Of a stretch of 64,000 nt of DNA, positions 46,287 through 56,645 are shown piece by piece. Below the pieces are notes generated by a model. That model saw only the letters and a program-made list of their open reading frames with translations. It had not been told where the DNA came from and did no database searches. The position numbers were made by a program, and so were the translations under genes. This stretch comes from Candidatus Multivorans sp. (GTDB lineage Bacteria > Acidobacteriota > Thermoanaerobaculia > Multivoradales > Multivoraceae): assembly GCA_965247095.1 (NCBI GenBank), contig OZ251997.1, positions 3,040,001-3,104,000 of the forward strand, given 5' to 3'. How positions within the stretch are numbered: the stretch's first letter is position 1; every line of letters begins with the position of its first letter.

Positions 46287-47609
46287 TCAGGAAGCGACGG
46301 CTCGAAGCCGCTGCACCTGCTTCTGGGAGCGCTTCAGGGCACGGTCGAGATCGGCCGTGAGGTCTTCGGGGTCTTCCAGACCGACGGACAGCCGCACCAT
46401 CTCCTGAGTGACCCCGGACTCGGCCAGTTCCTCCGCCGTCATCTGCTGGTGGGTCGTGCTCGCGGGGTGGATGACCAGGCTCTTCGCGTCGCCGACGTTG
46501 GCCAGGTGGGACCAGAGCTCCAGGCTCTCGATGAAGGCGACGCCGGCTTCCAGCCCGCCGCGGATACCGAAGGTCATCAAGGCGCCGCTGCCCTTGGGAA
46601 GCAGCTTCTGCGCGAGTTCGTGTTGGGGGTGGCTCGCCAGACCGGGATAGCTCACCCACAAGGCGGCGTCGTGCTGTTCGAGGAAGGCGGCGACGACGGC
46701 GGCGTTCTCGACATGGCGTTTGATCCGCAGCGGCAGGGTCTCAAGCCCCTGCAGCAGGTAGAACGCCGCCTGCGGGTTGAGGCAGGCGCCGAAGTCGCGA
46801 AGCCCTTCGAGCCGCGCCTTGAGGATGAAGGCGGGCGGACCGTAGTGCTCGGCGAAGGCGATGCCGTGGTAGCCGGGGCAGGGCTCGGTCATGATGGGGA
46901 AGCGGCCGGAAGCGGCCCAGTCGAACTTGCCGCTGTCGACCAGGACGCCGCCCAGGGTGACGCCGTGACCGCCGATGAACTTGGTTGCCGAATGCATCAC
47001 GATGTCCGCGCCGAGATCGATCGGCCGGGACAGGAACGGGGTGGCGAAGGTGCTGTCGATCATGAGCGGCACACCGATGTCGTGTGCGAACCCGGCGACG
47101 GCGGGAATGTCCAGCACGTCGATCCGCGGGTTGCCGATCGTCTCGCCGAAGAACAGCTTCGTGTTCGGCCGCGCCGCGCGCTGAAAGTTCCGCGGGTCGG
47201 TCGGCTCGACGAAGGTGGTCTCGATGCCGAAGCGCCGCAGCGTGTGGTTCAGCAGGTTGTGGGTGCCGCCGTAGATCGCGGCCGAGGACACGACGTGGTC
47301 GCCAGCGGAGAGGATCGTCGCCGCGGCGAGGTGGAAGGCGGCCTGGCCGGAGGCGGTGGCGACCGCGCCGACGCCGCCCTCGAGCGCCGCGATCCGCTCC
47401 TCGAACACGGCGACCGTCGGGTTCGAGATCCGCGAGTAGATGTGCCCGGCTTCCTCCAGGTTGAACAACCCCGCGGCGTGGTCCGTGTCGCGGAACACGT
47501 AGGACGTCGAGTTGTAGACCGGCACCGCGCGCGCCCCGGTGGCGGCGTCGGGCCGCTGGCCGGCGTGAAGCGAAAGCGTGTCGAACTTGTAGAACCAGTC
47601 GCTGCTCAT
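46287..47609 (-). CDS. metY: O-acetylhomoserine aminocarboxypropyltransferase/sulfhydrylase
   Basis: [47 protein letters not shown]. Confidence 0.88.
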   Translation of the reverse strand: MSSDWFYKFDTLSLHAGQRPDAATGARAVPVYNSTSYVFRDTDHAAGLFNLEEAGHIYSRISNPTVAVFEERIAALEGGVGAVATASGQAAFHLAAATILSAGDHVVSSAAIYGGTHNLLNHTLRRFGIETTFVEPTDPRNFQRAARPNTKLFFGETIGNPRIDVLDIPAVAGFAHDIGVPLMIDSTFATPFLSRPIDLGADIVMHSATKFIGGHGVTLGGVLVDSGKFDWAASGRFPIMTEPCPGYHGIAFAEHYGPPAFILKARLEGLRDFGACLNPQAAFYLLQGLETLPLRIKRHVENAAVVAAFLEQHDAALWVSYPGLASHPQHELAQKLLPKGSGALMTFGIRGGLEAGVAFIESLELWSHLANVGDAKSLVIHPASTTHQQMTAEELAESGVTQEMVRLSVGLEDPEDLTADLDRALKRSQKQVQRLRAVAS

Positions 47610-47709
47610 GGCTGCTGCCTCCCGGTTGCGTCCTGCCTGAGGCGGACCGCGAGTGTAGCCGGACCAGGCTTCGCGGTGTGTGGCAGAGTGGCGCTTCGAG
47701 GGGGAGCAG

Positions 47710-48636
47710 ATGGGGATTGTTGAAGAGTGGCATGAGTGCATGGACCGGGGTGAGGTTCTTCTTCTCGACGGTGGCACCGGGACGGAGCTGGAGCGCCGGG
47801 GGGTGCCGATGGACTCGGCGGCCTGGTGCGGAACAGCGGCGCTCGATCACAAAGACGCGATCCGAGACCTTCATGAGGAGTACATCCGGTGCGGCGCCGA
47901 CGCGATCATCACGAACACCTTCGCCACCCACCGGCCTCTGCTCGAAGCGGCGGGTCTTGGCGACCAGGTCGGGGTGATCGTGCGGCGGGCGGTGGAGGCG
48001 GCTCTTGAAGCACGGGAGCGGGCCGGTTGTCCCGGCGTGCTCGTTGCCGGTTCGCTGTCGACGATGCCGGCGAGCAACATTCGGGGCGGCTACGCACCGC
48101 TGGACGAACAGTCCGCGGCCTACCGGGAGCAGTGCCAGCTTCTGGCCGAAGCAGGAGTCGACGTCATCGCGCTCGAGATGATGCAGAATGGGGAGCGCTC
48201 TTCGCTCGCCTTCGAGGCGGCGAAGGAGACCGGCCTGCCGGTGTGGCTCGGCGTCAGCGCGCGCAAGGACTCAGGTACGGGCGCCATCACGCCGTTCGAT
48301 TGGCCGAACGAGTCGTTCGAGGCGTTGCTCGATGCGCTGATTCCGCTGGGTCCAAAGGTAGTGCATGTGATGCACACGGAGATCGCGGCGGTTCCCGAGG
48401 CGGTGGCGATGGTGCAGGAGCGTTGGCAGGGGCCGGTCGGCGTCTATCCCGAGTCGGGTTACTTCACGATGCCGAACTGGAACTTCGTCGAAGTGATCGA
48501 ACCGGCGGACCTGCTTGCGGAGGCCCGCGGCTGGGTGGCGGAAGGCGTTCAGATCGTGGGAGGCTGCTGCGGCCTGGGGCCGGAACACATCCGCGCGCTC
48601 GGAGCGCTGCGCGGGGCGGACGCCGGGGCGGCCTGA
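47710..48636 (+). CDS. Homocysteine S-methyltransferase family protein
   Basis: LLDGGTGTELE, ITNTF, GGCCG. Confidence 0.85.
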   Translation: MGIVEEWHECMDRGEVLLLDGGTGTELERRGVPMDSAAWCGTAALDHKDAIRDLHEEYIRCGADAIITNTFATHRPLLEAAGLGDQVGVIVRRAVEAALEARERAGCPGVLVAGSLSTMPASNIRGGYAPLDEQSAAYREQCQLLAEAGVDVIALEMMQNGERSSLAFEAAKETGLPVWLGVSARKDSGTGAITPFDWPNESFEALLDALIPLGPKVVHVMHTEIAAVPEAVAMVQERWQGPVGVYPESGYFTMPNWNFVEVIEPADLLAEARGWVAEGVQIVGGCCGLGPEHIRALGALRGADAGAA

Positions 48637-49121
48637 TGGCAGCGGCAAAGGGCGAATCGGACCGGGCGCGGACGGCCTTCGAGCCGCCGCTGCTCATCCT
48701 CGCCAGCCTGCTTGTTTCCTTTGGGCTGTCGCGCTTCTTGCCGCTTCCCCTCTGGCCCGGCAGCCTCTCGAGGTTCGGCGAGGTCGCGGGCGTCGTGATG
48801 ATTCTCGGCAGCGTGGTGCTGATGACCTGGGCCGGTCTTTCGATGATGCGCGGCGGCGGCTCGCTGGCGGTGCACACTCCGACGGCGCGCCTGGTCGTGC
48901 GCGGCCCCTACCGCTTGACCCGGAACCCGATCTACACCGGCATGGTGTTGCTGCTTCTGGGCATCGGATTCGCCAGGGACAGTTGGTGGTACCTGGTCAT
49001 TGCCGTTGCCACGGCGATACTGCTCCGCTGGGGCGTGATCCTGCGCGAGGAGGCCTACCTGGAAGGCAAGTTCGGCGACGAGTACCGCGAGTATGCGAAC
49101 CGCGTCCGGCGCTGGCTCTAG
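48636..49121 (+). CDS. Isoprenylcysteine carboxyl methyltransferase-family membrane protein
   Basis: GPYRLTRNPIY, REEAYL...FGDEY...VRRWL. Confidence 0.88.
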   Translation: MAAAKGESDRARTAFEPPLLILASLLVSFGLSRFLPLPLWPGSLSRFGEVAGVVMILGSVVLMTWAGLSMMRGGGSLAVHTPTARLVVRGPYRLTRNPIYTGMVLLLLGIGFARDSWWYLVIAVATAILLRWGVILREEAYLEGKFGDEYREYANRVRRWL

Positions 49122-51489
49122 CCGTCGGCGTCTTCTGCTGGCGGCCATCGTGGCCTCGGGTCTGGCCGCTTGCGCCCCCGAACCGGAGGACGCGTCGCCC
49201 ACACCGGTTCAGGCGGACACTGCGCGCCTCCTCGCGGGCGCCTCGACGGCCCACCCGTCGGTCATCCTGATCACGATCGACACCCTGCGCGCCGACCGGC
49301 TGTCGAGCTACGGTTCCGATCGGGTTGCAACGCCTCACATCGACCGGCTGGGCGCCGAGGGCATTCGCTTCGCCAACGCGTCGTCGACGGTGCCGTTCAC
49401 GTTGCCGGCCCATAGCTCGATCATGACCGGGCTCTACCCGCCGTCCCACGGCGTGCGGGAGAACGTCGGCTACGTGTTGGGCGCGGATCGGACCACTCTC
49501 GCGGAGCGTTTCCGGGACGCCGGTTACAGCACCGGCGGCTTCGTCAGCGCCTTCGTGCTCGATGCGCGCTGGGGGATCGGCCGCGGCTTCGATACCTACG
49601 TCGACGATTTCGATCTCGACTCGATGGCCGGCGCGAACCTGGGCTCGGTCCAGCGCTCCGGGCCGGAGACGATCGCCCACGCGCTGGAGTGGCTGGACGG
49701 AGCGGTCTCTTCCGGCGACGGCGGCGCTGCCGGCGACACGAGCGGGCCGCCACCCTTCTTCCTGTGGCTGCACCTGTTTGATCCGCACGATCCGTACGAG
49801 CCGCCCGAACCGTTCCGGACCGAATACGAGGGACGGCCCTACGACGGCGAGGTGGCGTACACGGACTCGCTGATCGGCGACTTCCGGGCCGCGCTCGAAC
49901 AGCGCGGGTTGTTCGACGAGTCGGTCGTCGTCCTGACGGCGGACCACGGGGAGGGCCTCGGCGATCACGGCGAGAGCTACCACGGCTTCTTCGTCTACGA
50001 CTCCACCGTGCACGTTCCCCTGATCGTGCGGCTGCCCGGTGGGCTGGAAGACGGACGGGTAGTGGCTGACGTCGTGAGCCACGTCGACATCGCGCCGACG
50101 CTGGCCGAACTCATGGGCCTCGAGGGGGCCGGCGCCGGGCAGGGGCGGAGTCTGCTCCTGTCGATAGAGGGGCTGGAGGACCCGGCCACCGAGCGCGGCG
50201 TCTACGCCGAGTCGTTCTACGCCCTCGACCACTACGGCTGGGCGCCGCTTCGCTCGCTGCGCACGGTGGACTACAAGTACATCGAGACGCCCGACCCGGA
50301 GCTCTACGCCCTGCTGGAGGATCCGGGGGAACTGACGAACGTCCTGTTCGAACGGCGCGACACCTCCCGCGAACTGAGGGCCGCCGCCCTGGAACTGGCT
50401 GCCGAACTCGACCGCGGGGCGCCGGATGCAACGCCCGAGCCCGATCTGGACGAGCAGGCCCTGGCGCAGTTGCGTGCCCTCGGGTATCTCGCCGGCCGCG
50501 GCACAGCCGAAAGGCGGGAGGCGGAAGGGCCGCGCGCCGATGCCAAGACGAAGGCGCATCTCCACCGCGCGATCATGAGGGCGCAGAGCGCCTTCGGCGG
50601 CGGCGACGACGAGGCCGCGAACGCGGAACTGCGAGCGGCGCTCGCCGAGGACGACGGACTGCTCGACGCGCACCAGCTTCTGGGCACGATCACCCTTCTT
50701 GCCGGCGATCCGGCGCCGGCGGCTTCGCACTTCCAGCGCGCGCTGGCGCTCGACCCCGAGCACCGGCAGTCTCTGCTCGGGCTGGCCAACGCCTACCACG
50801 AGCTGGGCCGCATCGATGAGGCGATGGTCGGCTACCGGCGCCTGCTTGAGGTCGCGGGCCAGGACTCGAAGGCGACGATGGCCCTGGCTCGCATCCATGT
50901 TGAGCGCGGCGAGTTGAGCGAAGCCGAGGAAGTGCTCGCCGCTGCTGCCGAAGGTCGCGAGCCGCCGCCGGTGGTCACGAACAAGCTGGGCGAAGTGATG
51001 GCGCTCACGGGCCGGAGCGGCGAGGCGGAGGCGAAGTTTCGGCAGGCCATCGCCTCGAACCCGGAACTCGGCGAAGCGCACTACAACCTCGCGGTCTTGC
51101 TCGACGAGGCGGGGAAACCGTTCGAGGCGGTGGAAACGTACCGGCGGGCGGCGGAACTTCGGCCGCGGGACCATCGCCCGCGTTTCAATCTCGGCCGTCT
51201 CTACGGACGGTTGAACCGGCCCCTCGACCAGATCGAAGCCTATCGGGACGCGGTCGAGGCGGCGCCGGACTTCGTGCGCGGCTACTTCCATCTGGCAAAG
51301 GCCCTGATGGACCTTGACCTCGACCTGACCGAAGCGGAGGCGATCGCCCGCCGGGGTCTCGATCTGGCGCCGGCCGGCGAGGATGGCGCGCTCGGCTACT
51401 TCGTGCTCGCCGACATTCTGAGCCGGCTCGGCCGACCCGGTGAGGAGCGGCAGGCGCTGGCGCGCGGCCAGGAGCTGCTACAGCGCTAA
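49093..51489 (+). CDS. Sulfatase-like hydrolase with C-terminal TPR repeats, lipoprotein
   Basis: LAAC lipobox, ITIDTLRAD, TLPAH, DPH, ADHGE; TPRs such as AHYNLA. Confidence 0.88.
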   Translation: MRTASGAGSSRRRLLLAAIVASGLAACAPEPEDASPTPVQADTARLLAGASTAHPSVILITIDTLRADRLSSYGSDRVATPHIDRLGAEGIRFANASSTVPFTLPAHSSIMTGLYPPSHGVRENVGYVLGADRTTLAERFRDAGYSTGGFVSAFVLDARWGIGRGFDTYVDDFDLDSMAGANLGSVQRSGPETIAHALEWLDGAVSSGDGGAAGDTSGPPPFFLWLHLFDPHDPYEPPEPFRTEYEGRPYDGEVAYTDSLIGDFRAALEQRGLFDESVVVLTADHGEGLGDHGESYHGFFVYDSTVHVPLIVRLPGGLEDGRVVADVVSHVDIAPTLAELMGLEGAGAGQGRSLLLSIEGLEDPATERGVYAESFYALDHYGWAPLRSLRTVDYKYIETPDPELYALLEDPGELTNVLFERRDTSRELRAAALELAAELDRGAPDATPEPDLDEQALAQLRALGYLAGRGTAERREAEGPRADAKTKAHLHRAIMRAQSAFGGGDDEAANAELRAALAEDDGLLDAHQLLGTITLLAGDPAPAASHFQRALALDPEHRQSLLGLANAYHELGRIDEAMVGYRRLLEVAGQDSKATMALARIHVERGELSEAEEVLAAAAEGREPPPVVTNKLGEVMALTGRSGEAEAKFRQAIASNPELGEAHYNLAVLLDEAGKPFEAVETYRRAAELRPRDHRPRFNLGRLYGRLNRPLDQIEAYRDAVEAAPDFVRGYFHLAKALMDLDLDLTEAEAIARRGLDLAPAGEDGALGYFVLADILSRLGRPGEERQALARGQELLQR

Positions 51490-52346
51490 TCGCCCGCCAG
51501 CGCCCGGGCCGTCAACTCCGCCAAGCGCCGCGGGTTCTCCAGCGGCCCGAGATGATCGAGGTCCTCGACCTCCAGGAAGTTGACGTTCGGCAGTTCGTTA
51601 ACAATCGCCTCGGCCCAGTACGCGGGCCCGGGCGTGAGCACGGCGCCGCGCATCAGGGCGACCGGGCAGTGCACTTCGGTCAGGGTATCCCAGGCGAGGT
51701 GGTGGGGCCCCATCAGGTAGAGCTGGGCTTCGACATCGGGCCGGCACTTGATCTCGACCGTGCCGTCAGGCCGGTCGGCGAAGCCGTGCCGGACGTAGGC
51801 CTCCAGGGCGGCCGGGTCGAACAGCGAGTAGGGCATCTTCGACGCGAAGTTGGCGATGGCGGCCTCGAACGAGTCGAAGCGGCTGCGACGGTTCCTGGTT
51901 CGTGCGACCCAGACGTCCAGGCGCGCGTCGTCGTCCGTCACGCCCGGCGGATAGATCACCGGCTCGTAGCAGACCAAGCCGGCGAAGAGGCCCGGTCGTC
52001 GCGGCTCAGCCATCAGCAGGGCGGCCGCGCCCATGGAGTGGCCGAAGCCGAACAGCGGTTCTTCGGTATCCAGTTCGAGCGTGTCGACTACGGCCAGCAG
52101 ATCGTCGGCGCAGCTCTCCCAGCGGTAGTCCAGACCGTCCGGGGCGGGCGCGTCGCCGTGGCCCCGAAGATCGACGCTGATCCGGCGATAGCCGTCGAGC
52201 CGAGCGAGCATGGGGTCGTACACCCGTCCATGGAACCCGGTCGCATGGCCGGCAAGGAGGGTCGGTCCGTCGCCGCCGTAGTCGTAGACGGCGAGTTCGA
52301 CGCCGTCGGTCGACGGGACACGGTGGACGGAGACCGGTTCGAGCAT
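51486..52346 (-). CDS. Alpha/beta hydrolase
   Basis: HATGF, DLRGHG, GHSMG, HLGPLE. Confidence 0.85.
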   Translation of the reverse strand: MLEPVSVHRVPSTDGVELAVYDYGGDGPTLLAGHATGFHGRVYDPMLARLDGYRRISVDLRGHGDAPAPDGLDYRWESCADDLLAVVDTLELDTEEPLFGFGHSMGAAALLMAEPRRPGLFAGLVCYEPVIYPPGVTDDDARLDVWVARTRNRRSRFDSFEAAIANFASKMPYSLFDPAALEAYVRHGFADRPDGTVEIKCRPDVEAQLYLMGPHHLAWDTLTEVHCPVALMRGAVLTPGPAYWAEAIVNELPNVNFLEVEDLDHLGPLENPRRLAELTARALAGD

Positions 52347-52410
52347 GGTGGGGGAACCTAACACCGGCAGCAGCCCGCGGTAGCGGAGCGTTCGTAGCAG
52401 AATAGGGCCG

Positions 52411-53553
52411 ATGCCGAAACGGTTTCCCTGGTTTGGACTGAGCGCTTCTTCGTCGGCGGAGAGCCTGCGCGTCCGGCGACTCCAGGTCGGCTTTCTGCTT
52501 CTGCTGACCATCACCGCGGTTCAGGTCGTCTGGTGGTTGGTCGACCAGTCGCTGCTCGCCGGCAGGATCGCCGCGGACAGGGTGGCGAGCTACGAGGTGG
52601 ACCGCTCGGCTGGCGAGGCATCGGTTCTGGCCGGGCAACCCCTCGATGGGCTACGCGCCTTCTACCCGCACCTGGAGATCGATGCCCAGGGCGCGCAGAT
52701 CCGGCCCTCCGCCCTGCAGGCGATCGAAACGGAACGCCGTAGCCACCTCAGCCAGTACCGGTGGGAGGGTTCGTTCTTCCTGCTCGTCCTCGCCGGCGGC
52801 ATTCTCGTCCTGTGGCGGGTGCTGCGCCGGGAGGCCGACCTCCTGAACCGTCAGCAGAACTTCCTGGCCGCCGTGTCGCACGAACTGCGGAGTCCGCTGG
52901 CGAGTCTGCGGTTGACGACGGAGACCCTGCTGCTGCGCGACCTGGCGGCGACGGATCGCCGCGGGCTCCTGGAGCGCAACCTCGAGGATCTGCGGCGGTT
53001 GGAACGTCTGGTGGGCAACCTGCTGGAGACCACGCGTCTGGAGGAGCGCCGGGCGGTACCGCGCCGGGCGCCGGTCGACCTGTCGGAAGCCGTCTCGCTG
53101 GCGTTCGCCGAACTCGGGCACCGGGCCGCCGGTACCGAGGGAATCGATATCGAAGTCCGGGTGGAGCCTGGTCTGGGCTTGCAGGCCGATCCGGTGGGCC
53201 TTGGCACGGTGCTGCGGAACCTGATCGGCAACGCAATCGAGTCGGCGCAGGCAGCCGGCACCAGGGTGGAGGTCTCCGCCAGGCGGCTCGGTTCGGCGAT
53301 CGAGCTTCAGGTTCTCGACGACGGGGTCGGCTTCGAGCCCGCCGAGGGCCGCCGGTTGTTCGAGAAGTTCTACCGGCCCGGCAGTGAGTTGCGACGCAAC
53401 AAGAAGGGCAGTGGCCTGGGCCTCTACCTGGTGCGCGGCTTCGTCGCCCTGGAAGGCGGTGAGGTCGAGGCAAGCAGCGAGGGTCCGGGCCGCGGCGCTA
53501 CCTTCCGAGTCACCTGGCCGGTCGGTGAGCCTGCCGCGGCGCCGGCGTCGTGA
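52411..53553 (+). CDS. Sensor histidine kinase
   Basis: Two TM helices, VSHELRSPL H-box, NLIGNA, DDGVG, GSGLGL. Confidence 0.92.
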   Translation: MPKRFPWFGLSASSSAESLRVRRLQVGFLLLLTITAVQVVWWLVDQSLLAGRIAADRVASYEVDRSAGEASVLAGQPLDGLRAFYPHLEIDAQGAQIRPSALQAIETERRSHLSQYRWEGSFFLLVLAGGILVLWRVLRREADLLNRQQNFLAAVSHELRSPLASLRLTTETLLLRDLAATDRRGLLERNLEDLRRLERLVGNLLETTRLEERRAVPRRAPVDLSEAVSLAFAELGHRAAGTEGIDIEVRVEPGLGLQADPVGLGTVLRNLIGNAIESAQAAGTRVEVSARRLGSAIELQVLDDGVGFEPAEGRRLFEKFYRPGSELRRNKKGSGLGLYLVRGFVALEGGEVEASSEGPGRGATFRVTWPVGEPAAAPAS

Positions 53554-54266
53554 GAACCGCGGCCGAGGGGGCGGCCCGGGTGCTCCTGATCGAGGACGAG
53601 GAGAACCTGGCCGCGGGCATCCGGTTCAACCTCGAAGCGGAGGGTCTCGACGTCGACTGGGTCGGCGACGGCGAGGAGGCTCTGGAGCGGATTCGTGATC
53701 CGCGCTATCAGCTCGTGATCCTCGACGTGATGCTTCCGGGTGTGGACGGCTTCACCCTGTGCGAGGAGGCGAGGCGGAACGGTGTCGATACACCGGTGCT
53801 GTTCCTGACCGCGAAGGCCTCGGTCGACGATCGCATTCGCGGCCTCGAAGCCGGCGGCGACGACTACCTCGCCAAGCCGTTCCATCTGACCGAGCTGCTA
53901 CTGCGGGTGCAGGCGATCCTGCGGCGGCGCGCCTGGGGGGCGGCGGAGGGGAGTCCCGATGTGGTGCGTTTCGGCGACAACCACTTCGATTTCACCGCCT
54001 TCTCGGGCGCGTCCTGGGACGGCCAGCCCCAGCAGTTGACGCAGAAGGAAGCGATGATCCTCAAGACCCTGGCGGAGCGGGAAGGCGAGGTCGTCTCGCG
54101 CGAGGACATTCTGGACCGCGTCTGGGGCTACGAGGCGTTCCCGTCGTCCCGGACGATCGACAACTTCGTCCTCCGGCTACGCAAGCGATTCGAACCCGAC
54201 CCCGAACGGCCGCGCCATTTCCACACCGTCCGCGGCGTCGGCTACCGCTTCACCGCCGGACGCTAG
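53550..54266 (+). CDS. OmpR-family response regulator
   Basis: IEDE, LDVMLP, FLTA, KPF, TVRGVGY. Confidence 0.93.
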   Translation: MRTAAEGAARVLLIEDEENLAAGIRFNLEAEGLDVDWVGDGEEALERIRDPRYQLVILDVMLPGVDGFTLCEEARRNGVDTPVLFLTAKASVDDRIRGLEAGGDDYLAKPFHLTELLLRVQAILRRRAWGAAEGSPDVVRFGDNHFDFTAFSGASWDGQPQQLTQKEAMILKTLAEREGEVVSREDILDRVWGYEAFPSSRTIDNFVLRLRKRFEPDPERPRHFHTVRGVGYRFTAGR

Positions 54267-54272
54267 CTATAG

Positions 54273-55001
54273 CTACTGAACTTCCAGCAGCTCGACCTCG
54301 AAGATCAGGGCAGCGCCCGGAGGGATGGCGGGCGGCGAGCCGTGGTTGCCGTAGCCGAGATCGGCGGGGATGAAGATCTCCCACACAGCACCCGGTTTCA
54401 TCAGTTGCAGCGCCTCTGTCCAGCCGGGGATGACGCCGCCGACCGGGAAGGTTGCCGCTTGGTCGCGGTCGTAGCTGCTGTCGAACTGCGTGCCGTCGAG
54501 CAGGGTGCCGCGATAGTGCACCGTCACTGCCTGGTCGGCCGTGGGACTTTCGCCGTCGCCGGCGCGGAGTTCGCGGTAGAGGAGTCCTGAGTCCGTCTTG
54601 ACGACGCCGTCCTCATTCGCCTTGGTGGCCAGGAAGGCGGCGCTGCGGGCCGTGTTTTCGAGCATCGCGGCCTGACGCTGGCGATCCGTGTGTTCTTGCA
54701 TTTTCGTCCCCAGTTCGCTTAGCACGGTGTCAACTACTTCGGAATCCAGGGCCTCGTTGCCTTCCACTCCGTCCCTGAAGCCGCGCAGAAGCAGCTCGAC
54801 GTCGAGTTCCAGGTCGTCCGGTCCCAGGTTGCTGCCGATGTTCAGCCCGAGCGCGTAGGAGGCCTTCTGGTCCCAGGTCTCCGTGAGCGGCGGCTCGTCG
54901 TCGGCCGTGGCGCCGGCCTCTTCATGGGCGCAGGCGGGCGTCGCGGCAAGGAGAGCAAGGGTTGCGGCAACCAAGCTGAGGTGGCTGTGTGGCTTCTTCA
55001 T
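54273..55001 (-). CDS. FKBP-type peptidyl-prolyl isomerase (FkpA/Mip-like), exported
   Basis: SYALG, VHYRGTL, FDSS, VIPGW, FEVELL. Confidence 0.92.
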   Translation of the reverse strand: MKKPHSHLSLVAATLALLAATPACAHEEAGATADDEPPLTETWDQKASYALGLNIGSNLGPDDLELDVELLLRGFRDGVEGNEALDSEVVDTVLSELGTKMQEHTDRQRQAAMLENTARSAAFLATKANEDGVVKTDSGLLYRELRAGDGESPTADQAVTVHYRGTLLDGTQFDSSYDRDQAATFPVGGVIPGWTEALQLMKPGAVWEIFIPADLGYGNHGSPPAIPPGAALIFEVELLEVQ

Positions 55002-55059
55002 GGCGCGCATCGTATCCGCATCCGGCGGGCGCGTTCTGCCGCTTCGCTATCCTCGCTGC

Positions 55060-55857
55060 GTGGGCCCCCTGCAGTTGATTCTCGTGGCCTTGGTGCAGGG
55101 GCTGACCGAGTACCTGCCGATCAGCTCGACGGCGCACCTGATCCTGTTGCCGCGGCTGTTCGGCTGGCCGGACCAGGGACTGGCGGTCGATGTGGCGGCG
55201 AACACGGGCACACTGTTGGCGGTCGTCGCCTACTTCCGGAAGGACCTTGCGGGCTACGTCCGGGCCCTTCGGCAGAACGGCGCCGCAGGTGGCGATTCGG
55301 CGCAGCGGCGGATGCTTCCGTTGCTGGCGCTGGCGTCGCTACCGGTTCTAGTCGTCGGCATGGCGACCGAGGGCTGGGTCGCCGGCGACGCGCGCAATCC
55401 TGGCGTGATCGCCTGGGCGACGATCGGCTTCGGCCTCGTGCTCGGCGTGGCGGACCGCTGGGGGAAGCAGGGTCGCCGTCTCGACCAGGTGACCTGGTGG
55501 CACGCGTTGCTGTTCGGCGTGGCTCAGGCCACCGCGCTGATTCCGGGCGCGTCCCGGGCCGGCGTCACCATCAGCGCCGGCCGGTTGCTCGGCTTCGACC
55601 GCGAATCGTCGGCGCGTTTCGCCTTCCTGATGGCGATCCCGCCCGGCGTCTTCGTCGCCGGCAAGAACAGTCTCGATCTTCTGAGCGGGGCGCTGCCGGT
55701 ATCGCAACTACCGGCGATGCTTCTGGTGGTCGTGCTGTCGGCGGTCGTCGGCTACCTGGTGATCGGTTTCCTGCTCGCCTGGGTCCGTCGCCGGAGCCTG
55801 CAGATCTTCGTCGCGTACCGGCTGGTGTTGGGCGTCGTGCTGCTGATCCTCTTCTAG
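55060..55857 (+). CDS. uppP: Undecaprenyl-diphosphate phosphatase (BacA)
   Basis: QGLTEYLPISSTAH, PGASRAGVT, ARFAFL. Confidence 0.9.
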   Translation: MGPLQLILVALVQGLTEYLPISSTAHLILLPRLFGWPDQGLAVDVAANTGTLLAVVAYFRKDLAGYVRALRQNGAAGGDSAQRRMLPLLALASLPVLVVGMATEGWVAGDARNPGVIAWATIGFGLVLGVADRWGKQGRRLDQVTWWHALLFGVAQATALIPGASRAGVTISAGRLLGFDRESSARFAFLMAIPPGVFVAGKNSLDLLSGALPVSQLPAMLLVVVLSAVVGYLVIGFLLAWVRRRSLQIFVAYRLVLGVVLLILF

Positions 55858-55899
55858 TCCGGCAGCGCCGGCCTGGATTCGCAGTTCTGGCAGACGCAG

Positions 55900-56229
55900 T
55901 CAGGACGCCTGGAGCTTCTCCGCAACGGCAGTTCCCATTTCCGTCGTCGACACCGCCTGCTGGCCCGCGGGCACCAGGTCGGCTGTGCGGAACCCTTCGT
56001 CCAGGACCGCGGCGACCGCCGCTTCGACCTGAGCCGCCTCCGCTTCGAGGTCGAGGCTGTGGCGGAGCAGCATCGCGGCGCTCAGGATCGCGCCGATGGG
56101 GTTGGCGAACAGGCCCATCTCCGCCCGCAGGTCGAGCAGCCCCTGCTCGGGACGGAGTTCGGCGGTCGGGTCGGACCACTTCGGCCCGCCGACGGCGCCC
56201 AGCAACACGGCATCGGCATTCTTGCAGGC
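55900..56229 (-). pseudogene. leuB: Truncated, internally deleted second copy of leuB
   Basis: [18 protein letters not shown]...GLFAN joined to [16 protein letters not shown]...; matches two separate parts of leuB at 59081-60151. Confidence 0.9.
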
Positions 56230-56645
56230 GCGCTATACTGATGGTTCACATTCACATGGTTGGAGGAACCGGTTGAGCTTTGTTCTCGTTGCGGTCCTTG
56301 GAGTCGCAGGCGTGGAGTTGTTCGTGACAAGCAGCACGGCAGGCCGATCTGCGTCCCGGTCGGCGGGTGCGGCAGTCGCCCCGCTGCGGGTCGAGCGGAC
56401 CGAGCGGACCTCGAACCGGGGCCGATTCTGACGCTTGCGGAGGCGATGGACGACCGCGAGGGAGATCCGACGCTGCGTCCGACCGGCGCTTGCATCCCGG
56501 TGCCCACCGCCGTCGCAACCTGTTCGATAACGAACGGGCAATCGAGCCTGGTGGGTTGCAAGGCGCCTTGGGAGAGCGGGAGCAGGATTCGGCAAGGCGC
56601 TCCTGCCGAACGTGACTTGGCGGTGCCGACGGCGGGCCCCTGAAC

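Noticed and set aside
48636-49121. MddA methanethiol methyltransferase
   Set aside because: Only the generic ICMT-family motif is present and the protein (161 aa) is shorter than I expect for MddA.
56260-56643. 127-aa Cys-rich ORF before the secreted-protein gene
   Set aside because: No motif, and a competing frame has a signal-like stretch; may be a degraded gene but cannot be called.
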